From NCBI GenBank assembly GCA_043228905.1, contig JBHGNT010000008.1:6882001-6946000 (forward strand): DNA of 64,000 nucleotides. Reading direction: 5' to 3'. Source of the DNA: Azolla caroliniana. Taxonomy: Eukaryota; Plantae; Polypodiophyta. Positions 35,097 to 47,331 of the stretch are shown one piece after another. The notes beneath the pieces were generated by a model. It was given only the letters and a program-made list of their open reading frames with translations. It was not told the DNA's origin and did no database searches. Position 1 is the stretch's first letter. Each line of letters starts with the position of its first letter. A program made the translations under genes and the position numbers.

Positions 35097-38000
35097 TCTC
35101 AGCACCCCTTTCTTCCTAGTTCGAGACACCCATGGTCCCGCCCCTTCTACACGCATGTGCGTAATAACGGGACAACGGACGACCCCGATGTAGAATCACA
35201 CATCAAAACCTTCTTATCAACATGGCAAGCCAACCACTCGATGCAGAGTCTGAACGCTGTTGAGGTAGACTCGTCCAAAATCGCGGAGTTCACATTGTCT
35301 CTCAATGGACCCGCAGCACGCTAGTATTCCCGGCATGACCTGGGAGAATTTGCAACGTTCCAAGACATCCGCAATCGATTCCTCGAACTATTCCCTCGAG
35401 CAATACCCAAGCGAGAATTGCTTCACCAGTTCTAAGCAATTGCATAAAAGCCAAATGAAATAGTCTCCTAGTTCACGATCCGCTTCTAGCATCTTTATCG
35501 CCGGCTCGCGCAAGATGTGTTCACGAATCATCTAAATGACACACTCCTCGGGGGCCTCTTCACATGACTTTAGCCTTAACCAACTTCTCACAACAAACGA
35601 TCAAGCAAGTGGTCACATGTGTCCTCGCTTTGGACAGAACTCAAAATAGTACCTCTTTTTCTATGGGATCACTCCAAAGCGTTTTACCGACACACAAAGA
35701 AACCCAATACCGGCAGGCGATCCAATGCACAATATGCTTGAATTACGGCCACTCGACCTTGGATTGCGCTCTTCGACCACACTGCCCGATCTTCCACTCC
35801 CGTGCACGCACGGTGGAGCAATGTGAATATAATATGCTCAACCACACATCCGCCACCCCGGTACGCCAAAACGAACCTTGCCATGATCGTCCTTGACAGG
35901 ATGATCATAATCATCCATCACCTCGATTTCGGAGGCCAAGCAACCCCGGTACAAAGATCAATATCGACGTGATGATAGGTACCAACCCGAGGAAGATTGG
36001 TATCAGCTCAATGATCAGTATCGGCTCGAGGAAGATCGCTATCGGCCAGCAAATGACTATTATCATTACGACTACGATCGTGACGATGATTACGACAAGC
36101 GATACCATTCCGACCGAAGGCAGGATCGGTGACATCCCCAAAATAATCGCGGTCATTGGCAACCGAGGAATAGTCGAAGACCTCCTCCGGACAATCACCG
36201 TCGGGATCCCCCACGTCCAGATCATTGTCGACCACCTTCCCACACCGAGTCTCGGGATGATAACCACCAAGCGTAGCGATACGACGTGCCAACTCAAGAA
36301 GAAACTGTGTGGAATAGCACTCAGCCTCAACCGAGACTCAGACACGTTATGAAGGAACAAAAAGAAAAAACAGAAATGAAAATGGAAATTCGTACACTTA
36401 CACAAAAGAAGTGACACTAGATGTTTACGTGGAAATCCCTAATAGGGTAAAACCACGAGAGCCCACAGACTCCAACTATCACTATATGAGAAAATGAGGT
36501 ACAACAGAACACTCAAAGGCAACGACCTCGAGCTCTATATCGTCGCCAACCGGCGGCTTCTCTTCTCGCCCTCTCTGTACAACTATAATACAACTAACAA
36601 CAACACCAACACTACATAAAGTGATTGCCCTAAGTCATATTTATACTTATATGACTTTAAGACTATTTACAAATGTAGCCTTTCCAAGCACAACAGAAAC
36701 ATATTTGCAGATATGTCCCTAGATCTAGCTCTCATCCGGATCCCATCCGGAGGGACCGAATTCCCAACAAATTCCCCCCTTCACTCCAACATGGGATTTC
36801 TCGTTAGTCCAATCTGTCACTTGCCCAGTTTGACAGCCAACAACACCGTTCTTCTCCGTGTGGATCTTTGTCAACATGAAGTCTTGATCTTCTACCTTCT
36901 CTCTGAGCCAGTGATATCTTCTCTGGATGTGCTTGGTCCGGGAATGGTAGGCCGCATTCTTCACAAGGTGGATGGCACTTTGGTTGTCGCAATAGAGCCG
37001 GAATTCCTCTTTCTAGATCCCTAGCTCTTCAATAAAGTCCTTCATCCAGATTACCTACTTGCCGGCTTCCACTACTGCCATGTACTCCGCTTCTGTTGTT
37101 GACAATGCAACGGATTTCTGCAGCCTCGACTGCCATGATACCGCTCCCCTTGCATAAGTCATGACATATCCAGATGTACACCGGCTAGTATCCACATCAT
37201 CCGACATATCTGAATCCATAAATCCATCCAATAGGGGTTTACCAAAGCCGAATCGGAGGCACATACTCGGGGTGCCCTTCAAATACTAGAGTATCCACTT
37301 GACTGCGTTCCAGTGCTCTCTTCCCGGATTGCTCATGAACCAGCTAACTACTCTGATAGCATATGCAATATCTGGTCGGGTGCACACCATTGCATACATT
37401 AAACTTCCGATGGCAGACGCATATGGTATCTTCATCATATCCGACTTCTCTGCCTTTGTCTTCGGGCTCTGCTTTCCGAACAACTCGTAATTTCTCCTGA
37501 AGTGTCGATCCGACTGGTTTTGCATTCGACATGTTGAACCATTTCAACACCTTTATCACATACTTCTCCTGTGACAACCATAGCAATTTCTTCGACCGGT
37601 CCCGGATTATGTGCATCCCCAGTATCTGTCTCGTTGGACCCAAATCTTTGATTGAGAAGGTCCGGTTCAAAGCCTTCTTCAAATTTCCGATTTTGGTTCG
37701 GTCTAGTCCGACAATCAACATGTCATCTACATACAATAAGAGTATCACGAAGTCTCCTCTATCAAATTTCTTCACGAACACGTAGTGGTCAGCTTGCGTC
37801 TTGTGGTACCCTTGGTCGATCATGAAGGAGTCAAATTTCTGGTACCATTGTCGGGGGGCTTGCTTCAATCCGTATAAGCTCTTCTTCAACCAACATACCA
37901 AGTGCTCCTTCCTTTTCTTCACAAACCCTTCCGGTTGTTGCATGTAGATTTCTTCTTCAAGGTCACCATGGAGGAACATTGTCTTGATGTCTAGTTGCTC

Positions 38001-38313
38001 TACCTCAAGGTCCATGCTTGCTGCTATGCTCAGCACCGTCCGGATGGATGGCATATTTACAACTGGGGCAAAGATCTCAATAAAATCCACACCTTTCTTC
38101 TGCTGCAACCCCTTCACCACGATTCAGGCCTTGTACCTCGGTGGATTTCCGGCATCTCCCGGTTTCATCTTGTACACCCACTTGTTCCGGAGTGCTCTCT
38201 TTCCTTTTGGCAGCTCCGTCAATTCATATGTGTGGTTCTCATGCAGGGAATCCATCTCGTCCTGCATGGTAGTTAACCACTTGCGGTTGTGGGTGTCTTT
38301 CCTTGCTTCTTCA

Positions 38314-39720
38314 ATGAGTCTATTATACCAACACAGATGGCTTCAACATCCGGTTCGTCAGAGATGAGTCTACGGAAGTTCGATGGATCAAACTTCAACT
38401 TCTGGAAGGAGCAAACACAGGCCTATCTAATAGTCAAGGGGCAAATTGACCCCATTGAGAATGAAGACCCTCCAGAAGGATACAAGTCGCTTGAATGGGA
38501 AAAGCTCAACATAATCGTCCGAGCCACCATTCGGATGCACCTATTGGAGTTTGTGTACTTCCCCATGCAATCATGTTCGACTGCCTTCCAACTATGGAAG
38601 ACACTTTCGGACACTTACGAAAAGAAGGTTGCCGCCACCAAGATATACCTGATTCAGTGACTTTATAACCTTCGGATGAAAGAGTCTGACTCGGTCCAGG
38701 CACACTTGAACAAGTACAAAAGCTTATGCTCCCAAATTTTGGCCAGGGGACAATTATCGAGGATGAACTAAAAGCAATGTTGCTCATGAGTAGTCTCCCT
38801 CCCTCGTGGGAAACTTTCGTTACAACCGTGTGCAATGCGTCGATAGTTGCCGTTAAGTACTCCTCAGTCACGAGTGCAATTCTGACTGAAGCAACTCGGA
38901 GAAAATCGTTTGCTAACGATTCAGCCAACAACACTTACGTTGTACAAGGTTCGACCGACCGATCGAACAACTGTGGAAGAAGTTCAAGTCTGCAAATCGG
39001 AGCAAGTCTTGGGATATTCGAGTCTGCAACTACTACAAGAAACCCAGACACATCAAAGCCGATTGTCGTGCACTCAAGGCCAAAAACGATAAGGCTTAGA
39101 AAGCCGAGCAGAAGAGTGGCCGATACGAGGAGATCAACTACATCGACACTTCGTCTGAAGTATTGACAAATGACCCGAATATACTATCAATTGAGAACCC
39201 AGTCGAATCAAAAGTTTTGCTTACGACTGAAGAATCGAGCACGTGGCTCTTAGATTCGGGTGCGTCCTTTCATGTGACTCCTCATCGATCCCAATTTCGG
39301 CAATACACGGCCCAACATTCCGACTTAGTTCGAGTAGGAAATTTGCAACACTACGACATAATTGGAATCGGCACGGTAGACCTCAACCTTGCGGGTGGCT
39401 CTACATTAGTACTACGCAATGTCCGACATGTACCTGAGCTCTCAAGTCCATTGATCTCAGTCGGACAATTGGATGAAGACGACATACGTGTTGGCTTCTC
39501 ATCAGGAGAGAGGAAGCTCCACAGAGGGAACCTCTTACTTGCTCGAGAACCGAAGATACACTCATTGTATCCTTTGCACGTCACACTCAGAGAGGGTGAC
39601 TTGTTTTTGTTTGACATTCTTGTGTCATCACTTTGGCACGGATGACTCAGACATCAGTTCTGCAAGCATTGCCAAACTCGGACATCAATTCAGCAAGGCC
39701 GGCATCATGCACTTATCTAG
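38314..39720 (+). pseudogene. LTR-less copia gag-protease fragment in opposite orientation
   Basis: KFDGSNFNFWK, LLMSSLPPSWETFV, WLLDSGASFHVT, LRNVRHVPEL. Confidence 0.85.
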
Positions 39721-42700
39721 AGAAGAGGTATAATCATAGGTATAATCACTATGAAGAGAAGAGGTATAATCAGAGACTCAGAGGCAATGACCTCGAGCTC
39801 TGTTTCTTCGCACAATGACGGTTACAACAAAGTATCACTTTGTATCTCTCTCTCTCCCTCTCTCTGTACAACAGTTGCAGCAATATAACAACACAAATCA
39901 CACTCACTACATAAAGTGATTGCCCTAAGTCATATTTATAGTTATATGAACTTAGGGCTATTTACAAATATAGCCTCAATGGGCTTATTCAAGACATATT
40001 TACAAATATGTCTTCTCTTCCGGTTCTCACCGGGTCCTCTTTATTCATCACCGGATCCCATCCGGAGAGACCGATTTTCCCAACAATCTCCCCCTTCACT
40101 CCAATATGGGATGTCTTGTAAGTCCGATCCGTTTCCGGCATGTGTCCAGCTTGTCGGGTGTCAGTACCTTGGTCAACATATCCAACCCGTTCTCCTCTGT
40201 GTGGATCGTCAGCACGAACTCTCGATCTTCAACTTGCTCCCGGATCCAGTGGTACTTGCGCTGGATGTTCTTCGTTCTAGAATGGTATGCTGCATTCTTT
40301 GCAAGGTGGATGACACTTTGACTGTCGCAGTAGAGATGGTATTCCTCTCGCCAGATCCCTAGCTCTCCGATGAAGTCCTTCATCCATAATATTTCCTTGC
40401 CGGCTTCCACAGTTGCCATGTACTCCGCCTCCGTGGTTGACAACGCAACCGTCTTCTACAGCCTCAACTGCCACGAAATGGCTCCCCCTACATAGGTCAT
40501 GACATATCCGGAAGTTGACTGGCCGGTGTCCACATCAGCCGACATATCCGAATTGGTAAATCCCTCCATGAGGGGTTTACCGAAGCCGAATCGGAGGCAC
40601 ATACTCAAAGTGCCCTTCCCTTCAAGTACCAGAGTATCCATTTTACCACATTCCAGTGCTCTTTTCCGGGGTTGGTCATGAACCGACTCACCACTCCGAT
40701 TGCGTATCCAATATTTGGTCGAGTACACACCATTTCGTACATCAAGCTCCCGACCGCAGAGGCATATGGAATCTTCATCATATCCGCCTTCTCTGCCTTT
40801 GTCTTCGGGCTTTGCTTACCTAATAATCTGCAGTTTTCCAGGAGTGTCAATCTGACCAGTTTTGCTTCTGACATGTTAAACCGCTAAAGCACCTTTGTCA
40901 CGTACTTTTCCTGTGATAGCCACAATTGCTTCTTCGACCAATCCCGGATTATGCGCATCCCCAGTATCTGTCTTGTCGGACCCAAGTCTTTCATTGAGAA
41001 GATCCGGTTAAGGGCCTTCTTCAGCATCCGTATTTTGACTTGGTCTCATCCGACGATCAACATGTCATCCACGTATAGGAGCAATATCAAGAAATCGCCT
41101 CCATCAAATTTCTTCACAAACACACAGTGATCGGCCTACGTCTTGTGGTACCCTTGATTGGTCATGAAGGAGTCAAACTTCCGGTACCATTGCTTGGGAG
41201 CTTGCTTCAGTTCGTATAAGCTCTTCTTCAGCCGGTACACCAGGCGCTCCTTCCCTTCCTTCTCAGATCCTTTCGGTTGATGCATGTAGATCTCCTCTTC
41301 GAGATCACCATGGAGGAATGTCGTCTTCACGTCCAGCTACTATACCTTGAGGTCCATGCTTGCCGCTATGCCCAATACTGTCCAGATGGATGTCATCTTT
41401 ACTACCGGGACAAAGATCTCATCGAAGTCCACTCCTTTCTTCTGCTATAAGCCCTTCACCACGATTTGGGCCTTATACCTTGGTGGATTTTTGGCATCTC
41501 CCGGTTTTAGCCTGTACACCCACTTGTTCCGGACTGCCCTCTTTCCTTTCGGCAACTCCACCAATTCATATGTGTGGTTCTCATACAGGGAATCCATCTC
41601 ATCTTGCATGGCACTCAACCACTTGCAGTTGTGGGTGTCTCTCTTTGCTTCTTCGAAGCTTTCCGGCTCCCCCTCATCGGTTAGCAACACATGCTCTGCA
41701 TCCGGGAATCTCCAGGGGGCTCTTCTCTCTCGGATATCTCTGTCCTTGGTTGCTGACTGCGGGTTCCTCCGTCTGTTCTAAATCTGAATCCGATTCGGGA
41801 TCTTGTTCGGTTCCGGTGTCTTCTTCTTCTTCTTCTCCGGTCAGTTCGGTTTCTTGTCCGAATCCGGCCGGTTCATCAAGTGTCATCTGGTTACCGGCTA
41901 ACATCCGGCTTTCAACCGGGTAGGTCCTTGTGTCCTCATGCCGGTTTTCATTGGATGATCCGGAGTTGGTCATCTTCTTCTCCGACTCCCAGTTGGCAAT
42001 GGTCTGGTCTTCCATGAAGACTATTGCCCGACTCCGGAATACCTTCTTGTCGACCATATCCCACACTCGGTAACCGAACTCATCATCGCCGTATCCAAGG
42101 AATATGCATGACCGGGACTTCGGATCCAACTTTGCTCTCTTGTCCTTCACCACATGAACGTATGTGAGATACCCGAACACCTTCAAATGACGATAAGATA
42201 CATCTTTGCCGGTCCATACCTTCTGAGGTGAGTCTCCTCCCAAGGGTACTGAGGGTGATATGTTTATCACATAGGTCTTCGTCGTCAGCGCCTCAGCCCA
42301 AAACGTCTTGGGTAACTTGGCATGTGCAAGCATGCTCCAGACTCTCTCCATTATGGTCCGGTTCATCCTTTCGGCCAACCCGTTTAGTTTCGGCGTCTTC
42401 AGCACGATGAATTCGAGCCGAATTCCCATCGACCAGCAGTACTCCTCAAACTGCCCCCGGTATTCTCCTCTGTTGTCCGCTCAAACCGCCTTTAGCTTCC
42501 GGCCGATTTCTCTTTCCACTCTCGCGTGGAGTTCCTTGAAGATGGTTAGCACCTGATCCTTCGTCTTCAACGGTGAGACCCACAGCTTCCGACTGTGGTC
42601 ATCTATGAACATCATGAAGTACTACGATCCAGCATGTGACTTCATGCCTACTTGACACACATCGGTATGCACTAGCTCCAATGGTGCATTCCGTCTCATC

Positions 42701-44130
42701 GGTGGTCTTGACCGGAAGGAGGTTCGGTTTTGCTTGCCAGCCAGGCAGTCAGTGCACTTCTCAAGTTGCACGTCCTTCACCGGAATGAGGTTGTCTTCGG
42801 CAAGCCTCTTCATCCCCTTCTCACTCATGTGACACAATATTTTGTGCCACAACTCACCGGTAGTGTCAGAAGCAACGTTCACTTCTTCTTCCCGGCATAA
42901 TCGGGCGTTCATCAAGTACAATGTGTTGACTTTCCGGGCCCGAGCCACTATTAGGCTCCCCTTGCTAAACTTCATGACTTCATTCCGGATGTTACCCATG
43001 TAGCCTTCATCATCTAGCCGACCGGCTGATATTAGGTTCAGTCGAACCTTCGAAACGTGTCGGACATCCTTCAACAACAACTTGCATCCGGTTGGTGTCA
43101 TCAACCACACGTCTCCTATGCCGACAATTCAGCATGTACTTTCATTCCCCATCCGGACACAGTTGTGCTCACCAGCTGTGTAGGATGAGAAGCATTTCCA
43201 ATTCGGGGTAAGGTGGAACGATGCTCTGGAATCGACAACCCACGTTGTCTCGTCGCCGGCAAGGTTCAACTCACTCTCCTCAGTGATGAGCATTAGTTCT
43301 TCTTCACTTTCCGTGATCGTCGTCGTTCCCTTCCAGTTCGGGCCTCGCCGACCCGAACCGTTTCAGTCCGGTGACTTCTTCAAATCGGTACTGTCGGTTC
43401 CCTTGTCTTTCTAGAAGTGCCCCGGCTTGCTGCAATAGAAGCAAGTGGGCCTCCCCCTTGACTTTGACCGTGTCCCGGACTTTTCCCAGTTCTGGGGACT
43501 CCGATTCCTTTGTCTTCTGCATTCCGATTCGGTAAGGAGGGCTTTGCATCGGAGATCACCTCCTTGTCTTTCCGCCGCGCATCCTCATCTAACAAGCTCG
43601 ACTTGACTCTTGCTAGGGATAGTTGTTTTCCTTCCGGCCCGGCGTTGCCCAACGTGACAACTAATGTCTCCCAGCTATTTGGGAGGGAACCGAGCAGGAG
43701 TAGAGCAAGTACCTCATCAGCCCCTGGAAGGCATTCATGTGCTCCGCCATACTGGAGCCGTCTTGGTACCGGAGCCTCACTAGCTTCCGAAATACCGAAA
43801 CCCGATTAACGACATTCTTGTTCTGGAACATGATGCCGATCTTCTCCAAGAGTTCATGATCCTTGCTCTCTTCATTGAAGTTGTTTGTTGTACAAGGTCA
43901 TGTCGATGAAGCATCGGATGTATGTCGTCGTCTTCATGTGCATCACCTCCCACACCGTGGCGTCGATCTTATCCGGTCTCTTGTCCCCGAACTGAACCGA
44001 TGTCAGGGTAGTTGTGGTTCGTGCGACGAAGTCGCGGGGACTAAGTTTAAGGGGAGTTGAAGGAACTTAAATAAGGCTTGTATGGTTATGATAGAATAGT
44101 TAAGGATAGTAAGAAGAAGAGTTACGAGTA

Positions 44131-44260
<130 letters not shown>

Positions 44261-45038
44261 AGCATAGATCAAAGATAGAGACAATGTATAATTCAAGAAA
44301 GAAGATTGAGACAAAATATGATTTAAGAAGGAAGATTGGGACAAAGTATGAATCAAGAAGCAAGAGTATTTGATATAAACATGATGTATATTAAAAAGAC
44401 AATATTTTACCAACTTGATCGCAAACTGAACACATTCTCTACCGACCCTTGATTTGAACCCACGACCTCAACTTTGAAACGAGAGGTTCTCCACCCAACG
44501 AGCTAATCTTCTTTACTTGATTCTATTATTTTCTCACTCTCTCTTCTTTGATTCCTTTCTTGTTTTCCTTGCCCCTCTTTTTATAAGTATTTCCATGCAT
44601 ATGGTAATGGCATGCATGTAATGCATGAGTTACATCTTATGCATGATCGCCATTTGACACACATGCATTGCATGTGATGCATGATAGCCATCATGCTCAT
44701 TTGAGCTCCCATGTATTGGGATAAGTATAATGATGGATATAACCCTAAAACAAATAACTTGGCTTAGTGGTGTATGCTTTGTGCTTGATATACAAGGTTG
44801 AGGGTTCAAGTCCCTCAATTTTACTTAATACAATATTTAAGTTTATTCTTATATAGTAAAGCACATTCTTGACAACATTTCTAAAAACAAATAGCCTACC
44901 CTACTGGTATATACATTGTGCTTGGCTTATAAGGTTGTAGGTTCAAGTGTTTTAAAAATTACTGAATTCAATATTTAAATTTATTTTTATATCGTGAAGC
45001 AAATCCTTCATGACACCCACCCCCTCTGAACTTGCACA

Positions 45039-47091
45039 CTAGTTGTGCAAAGTGCATCCAAAATCTTGAAAAAACGCTTCATTCCGTTTTTGAACTGGAT
45101 GTTCCCTCCACCATTCTTTGTTTCTTTCACGATTAGACGTCATGGTTAAGAACTGGCCCCTCTTCCTTCCATCCTGACTCTTGATCCTCACGAAAGTCAA
45201 ATCATCATTAATCACAGTTGTTTCCATCCTTACTACGTTGATGTATGATTCACCATCCATTGTTTCCATACTCACTACGCTGATGTATGGTTGACCAAGG
45301 ATGACGGGGTAGGTTGATCCATCTTGCACATAGTAATTTTGATCCACCAACACATCTCCCATTGTTGCTTTAACATTAGAACATGCTCCGAATAGATCCT
45401 CCATTGTCTTTGTCGTAACTCTTATCTTCCACCCATGGTTCTTATTGATTGGCCACTTTCCTTCAGCATAACACTTCGACGACATCATGTTGATTTTCAA
45501 TCCATGATCTATCAAAGCAATACAAGGAATCTGTTGCTCCCCAATTTTTGTAGGCACCTCCGTTGTTGCTTGAGCACAATGGTTCCTTGTATAATGACTC
45601 TTGTCCCCTTCATGAATCCCAACATCATTTATCTTCTTTACAATTGCAATATTGATGATGCCATGATCCAAATCTTGGAGTGTTGCGGCACACCCTCTCG
45701 TAACTTCCTCTGTCACATGTTTTATATCCGTCGTGGCTTCTGTGTCCGAAGCAAGCTTAAAAGTTGGGTTTGTCTTTCCTTTTACTTTATCAGCTTCCTT
45801 CGGCTCAGTAGCACCCTTTTCCATCTCCCTTCTCTTCTGTTCTCGTGTCTCATGTCTCTTTGTCGGATCAGCTTCCTCAGCTCTCTTCCGCTTCTCTTCC
45901 ACTAGCACATCTTGTGCATTCACTTGGGCGAATGCTGATAGCGCGTCTACTGGATCATTCCATCCAGTGAAGTTTCGTATTTCATCTCCCGCTCTTTTTA
46001 ATTCATCCACTCAAACCTTCCCTTTTCTTGCATAATCCATCACATCTTGCCAAAAGCCAGATCCACCATATGAGTCTTCTACGCGCAATCCTAAGGTTGC
46101 CACAAATTGTATCGCTTGAGTCATTTCTCTCTTGGCATCTTCCATTAGCTTTTTCATTCCTCCTCGCCCGAAGTTGAGTTGAAGTGGTTGTCGAGTCTCT
46201 GTCGAGTGAATCTTGCCATCTTGATAGTAGATTTTATTATGATTAAGAGCATCCCTATGCTCTTGACAATCTTTCTTCTGGTGGTCGATACTATCACACC
46301 ACATACACCTTCGGACCATTCCACCTCCCTGCCTTGATGAAGTTGAGCTTTGTCCCGATTCTAGCTTCGTCACTTTGATCGACAAGTCTTTCATGCCTTT
46401 CACCAATTCGTGTAAGAGTGATTCTTCTACTTTCTTTTCTCCCGACTCGTTCCCCGTTTCTTCATCATTTATGTCGGGCAACTCCATAAACCATAACTTT
46501 CTTTTGCAGAAATGGGCGCACGCCCTTTTCACCTCCTCCCAGTCTTCGGTAAGTCCACTTGGACTATTCTGATCTTCTAAAACCATTCCCAAGTCCTTCC
46601 TGTCTTTAATATTAGTGGCTTGGAGAAACAATATTACTTTATCTGGCATTAGTATATTTCTATCTCTAACATTTAGTTGCTCAAATCTTTCAGAAAACTC
46701 TTTTAATACTTCCAAATAGATTTTTATTAGACGCTACCCAATCCATGAAAGATCGCCTTGTCATCCTTGACATATCGTTGAGGTTGTATTCATTTAGCAA
46801 TGCTCTTTCGAAAGTCGCCCATGTCTGATGTTCCCTCTGTAGCTCCTGGATCCTTTCTTGTAGCCCAATCGCAGTGACTCGACTAAAGCTATTAATTTTT
46901 GCAGCTTCGTCGACACCGCGTTTAAGCATTTCTTCATTATAAATCTTCAGAAATCTTGTTAAATTTATACCTTCGAAGATTCCTACTCGTGTAAGAATAT
47001 TGTCGACGGCTTTGTTGATGCTTGCCATCATCCCTTGTTCCCGCATCACTCGTTCCATCATCGTACACATAAGCCTCATTTGCTCCTCCAT
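45039..47091 (-). pseudogene. gag (CMWCDSIDHQKKDC) and aspartic protease-like region (IALIDHG..VILGQPY); no RT or integrase
   Basis: ORFs 46690-47091, 46011-46715, 45039-46010; PPT follows within ~25 bp of the last stop. Confidence 0.8.
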
Positions 47092-47266
47092 TTCTCCTCG
47101 TCGCCGCTTTCACGTCGGGTTCACCAAATGTGTCGGGGTAGTTGTGCTTCGTGCGGCGAAGTCGCGGGGACTAAGGTTAAGGGGAGTTGAAGGAACTTAA
47201 CTTTTAATAAGGCTTGTATGGTGATGATAGAATGGTTAAGGATAGTAAGAAGAAGAGTTACGAGTA

Positions 47267-47331
<65 letters not shown>

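Larger units (their letters stand above)
28411..35174 (+). mobile_element. Family B element B3: truncated internal region plus 3' LTR (29098-35174, interrupted by the intact copia)
   Basis: PPT GGTGGGGGCGGA then TGTCGTGAAG at 29098; LTR ends TAATAACGGGACA at 35174; reverse complement of 4055-4810. Confidence 0.82.

Noticed and set aside
44760-44819. Functional tRNA gene
   Set aside because: A/B boxes and T-arm only; I cannot form acceptor and anticodon stems, so it is reported as a tRNA-like module
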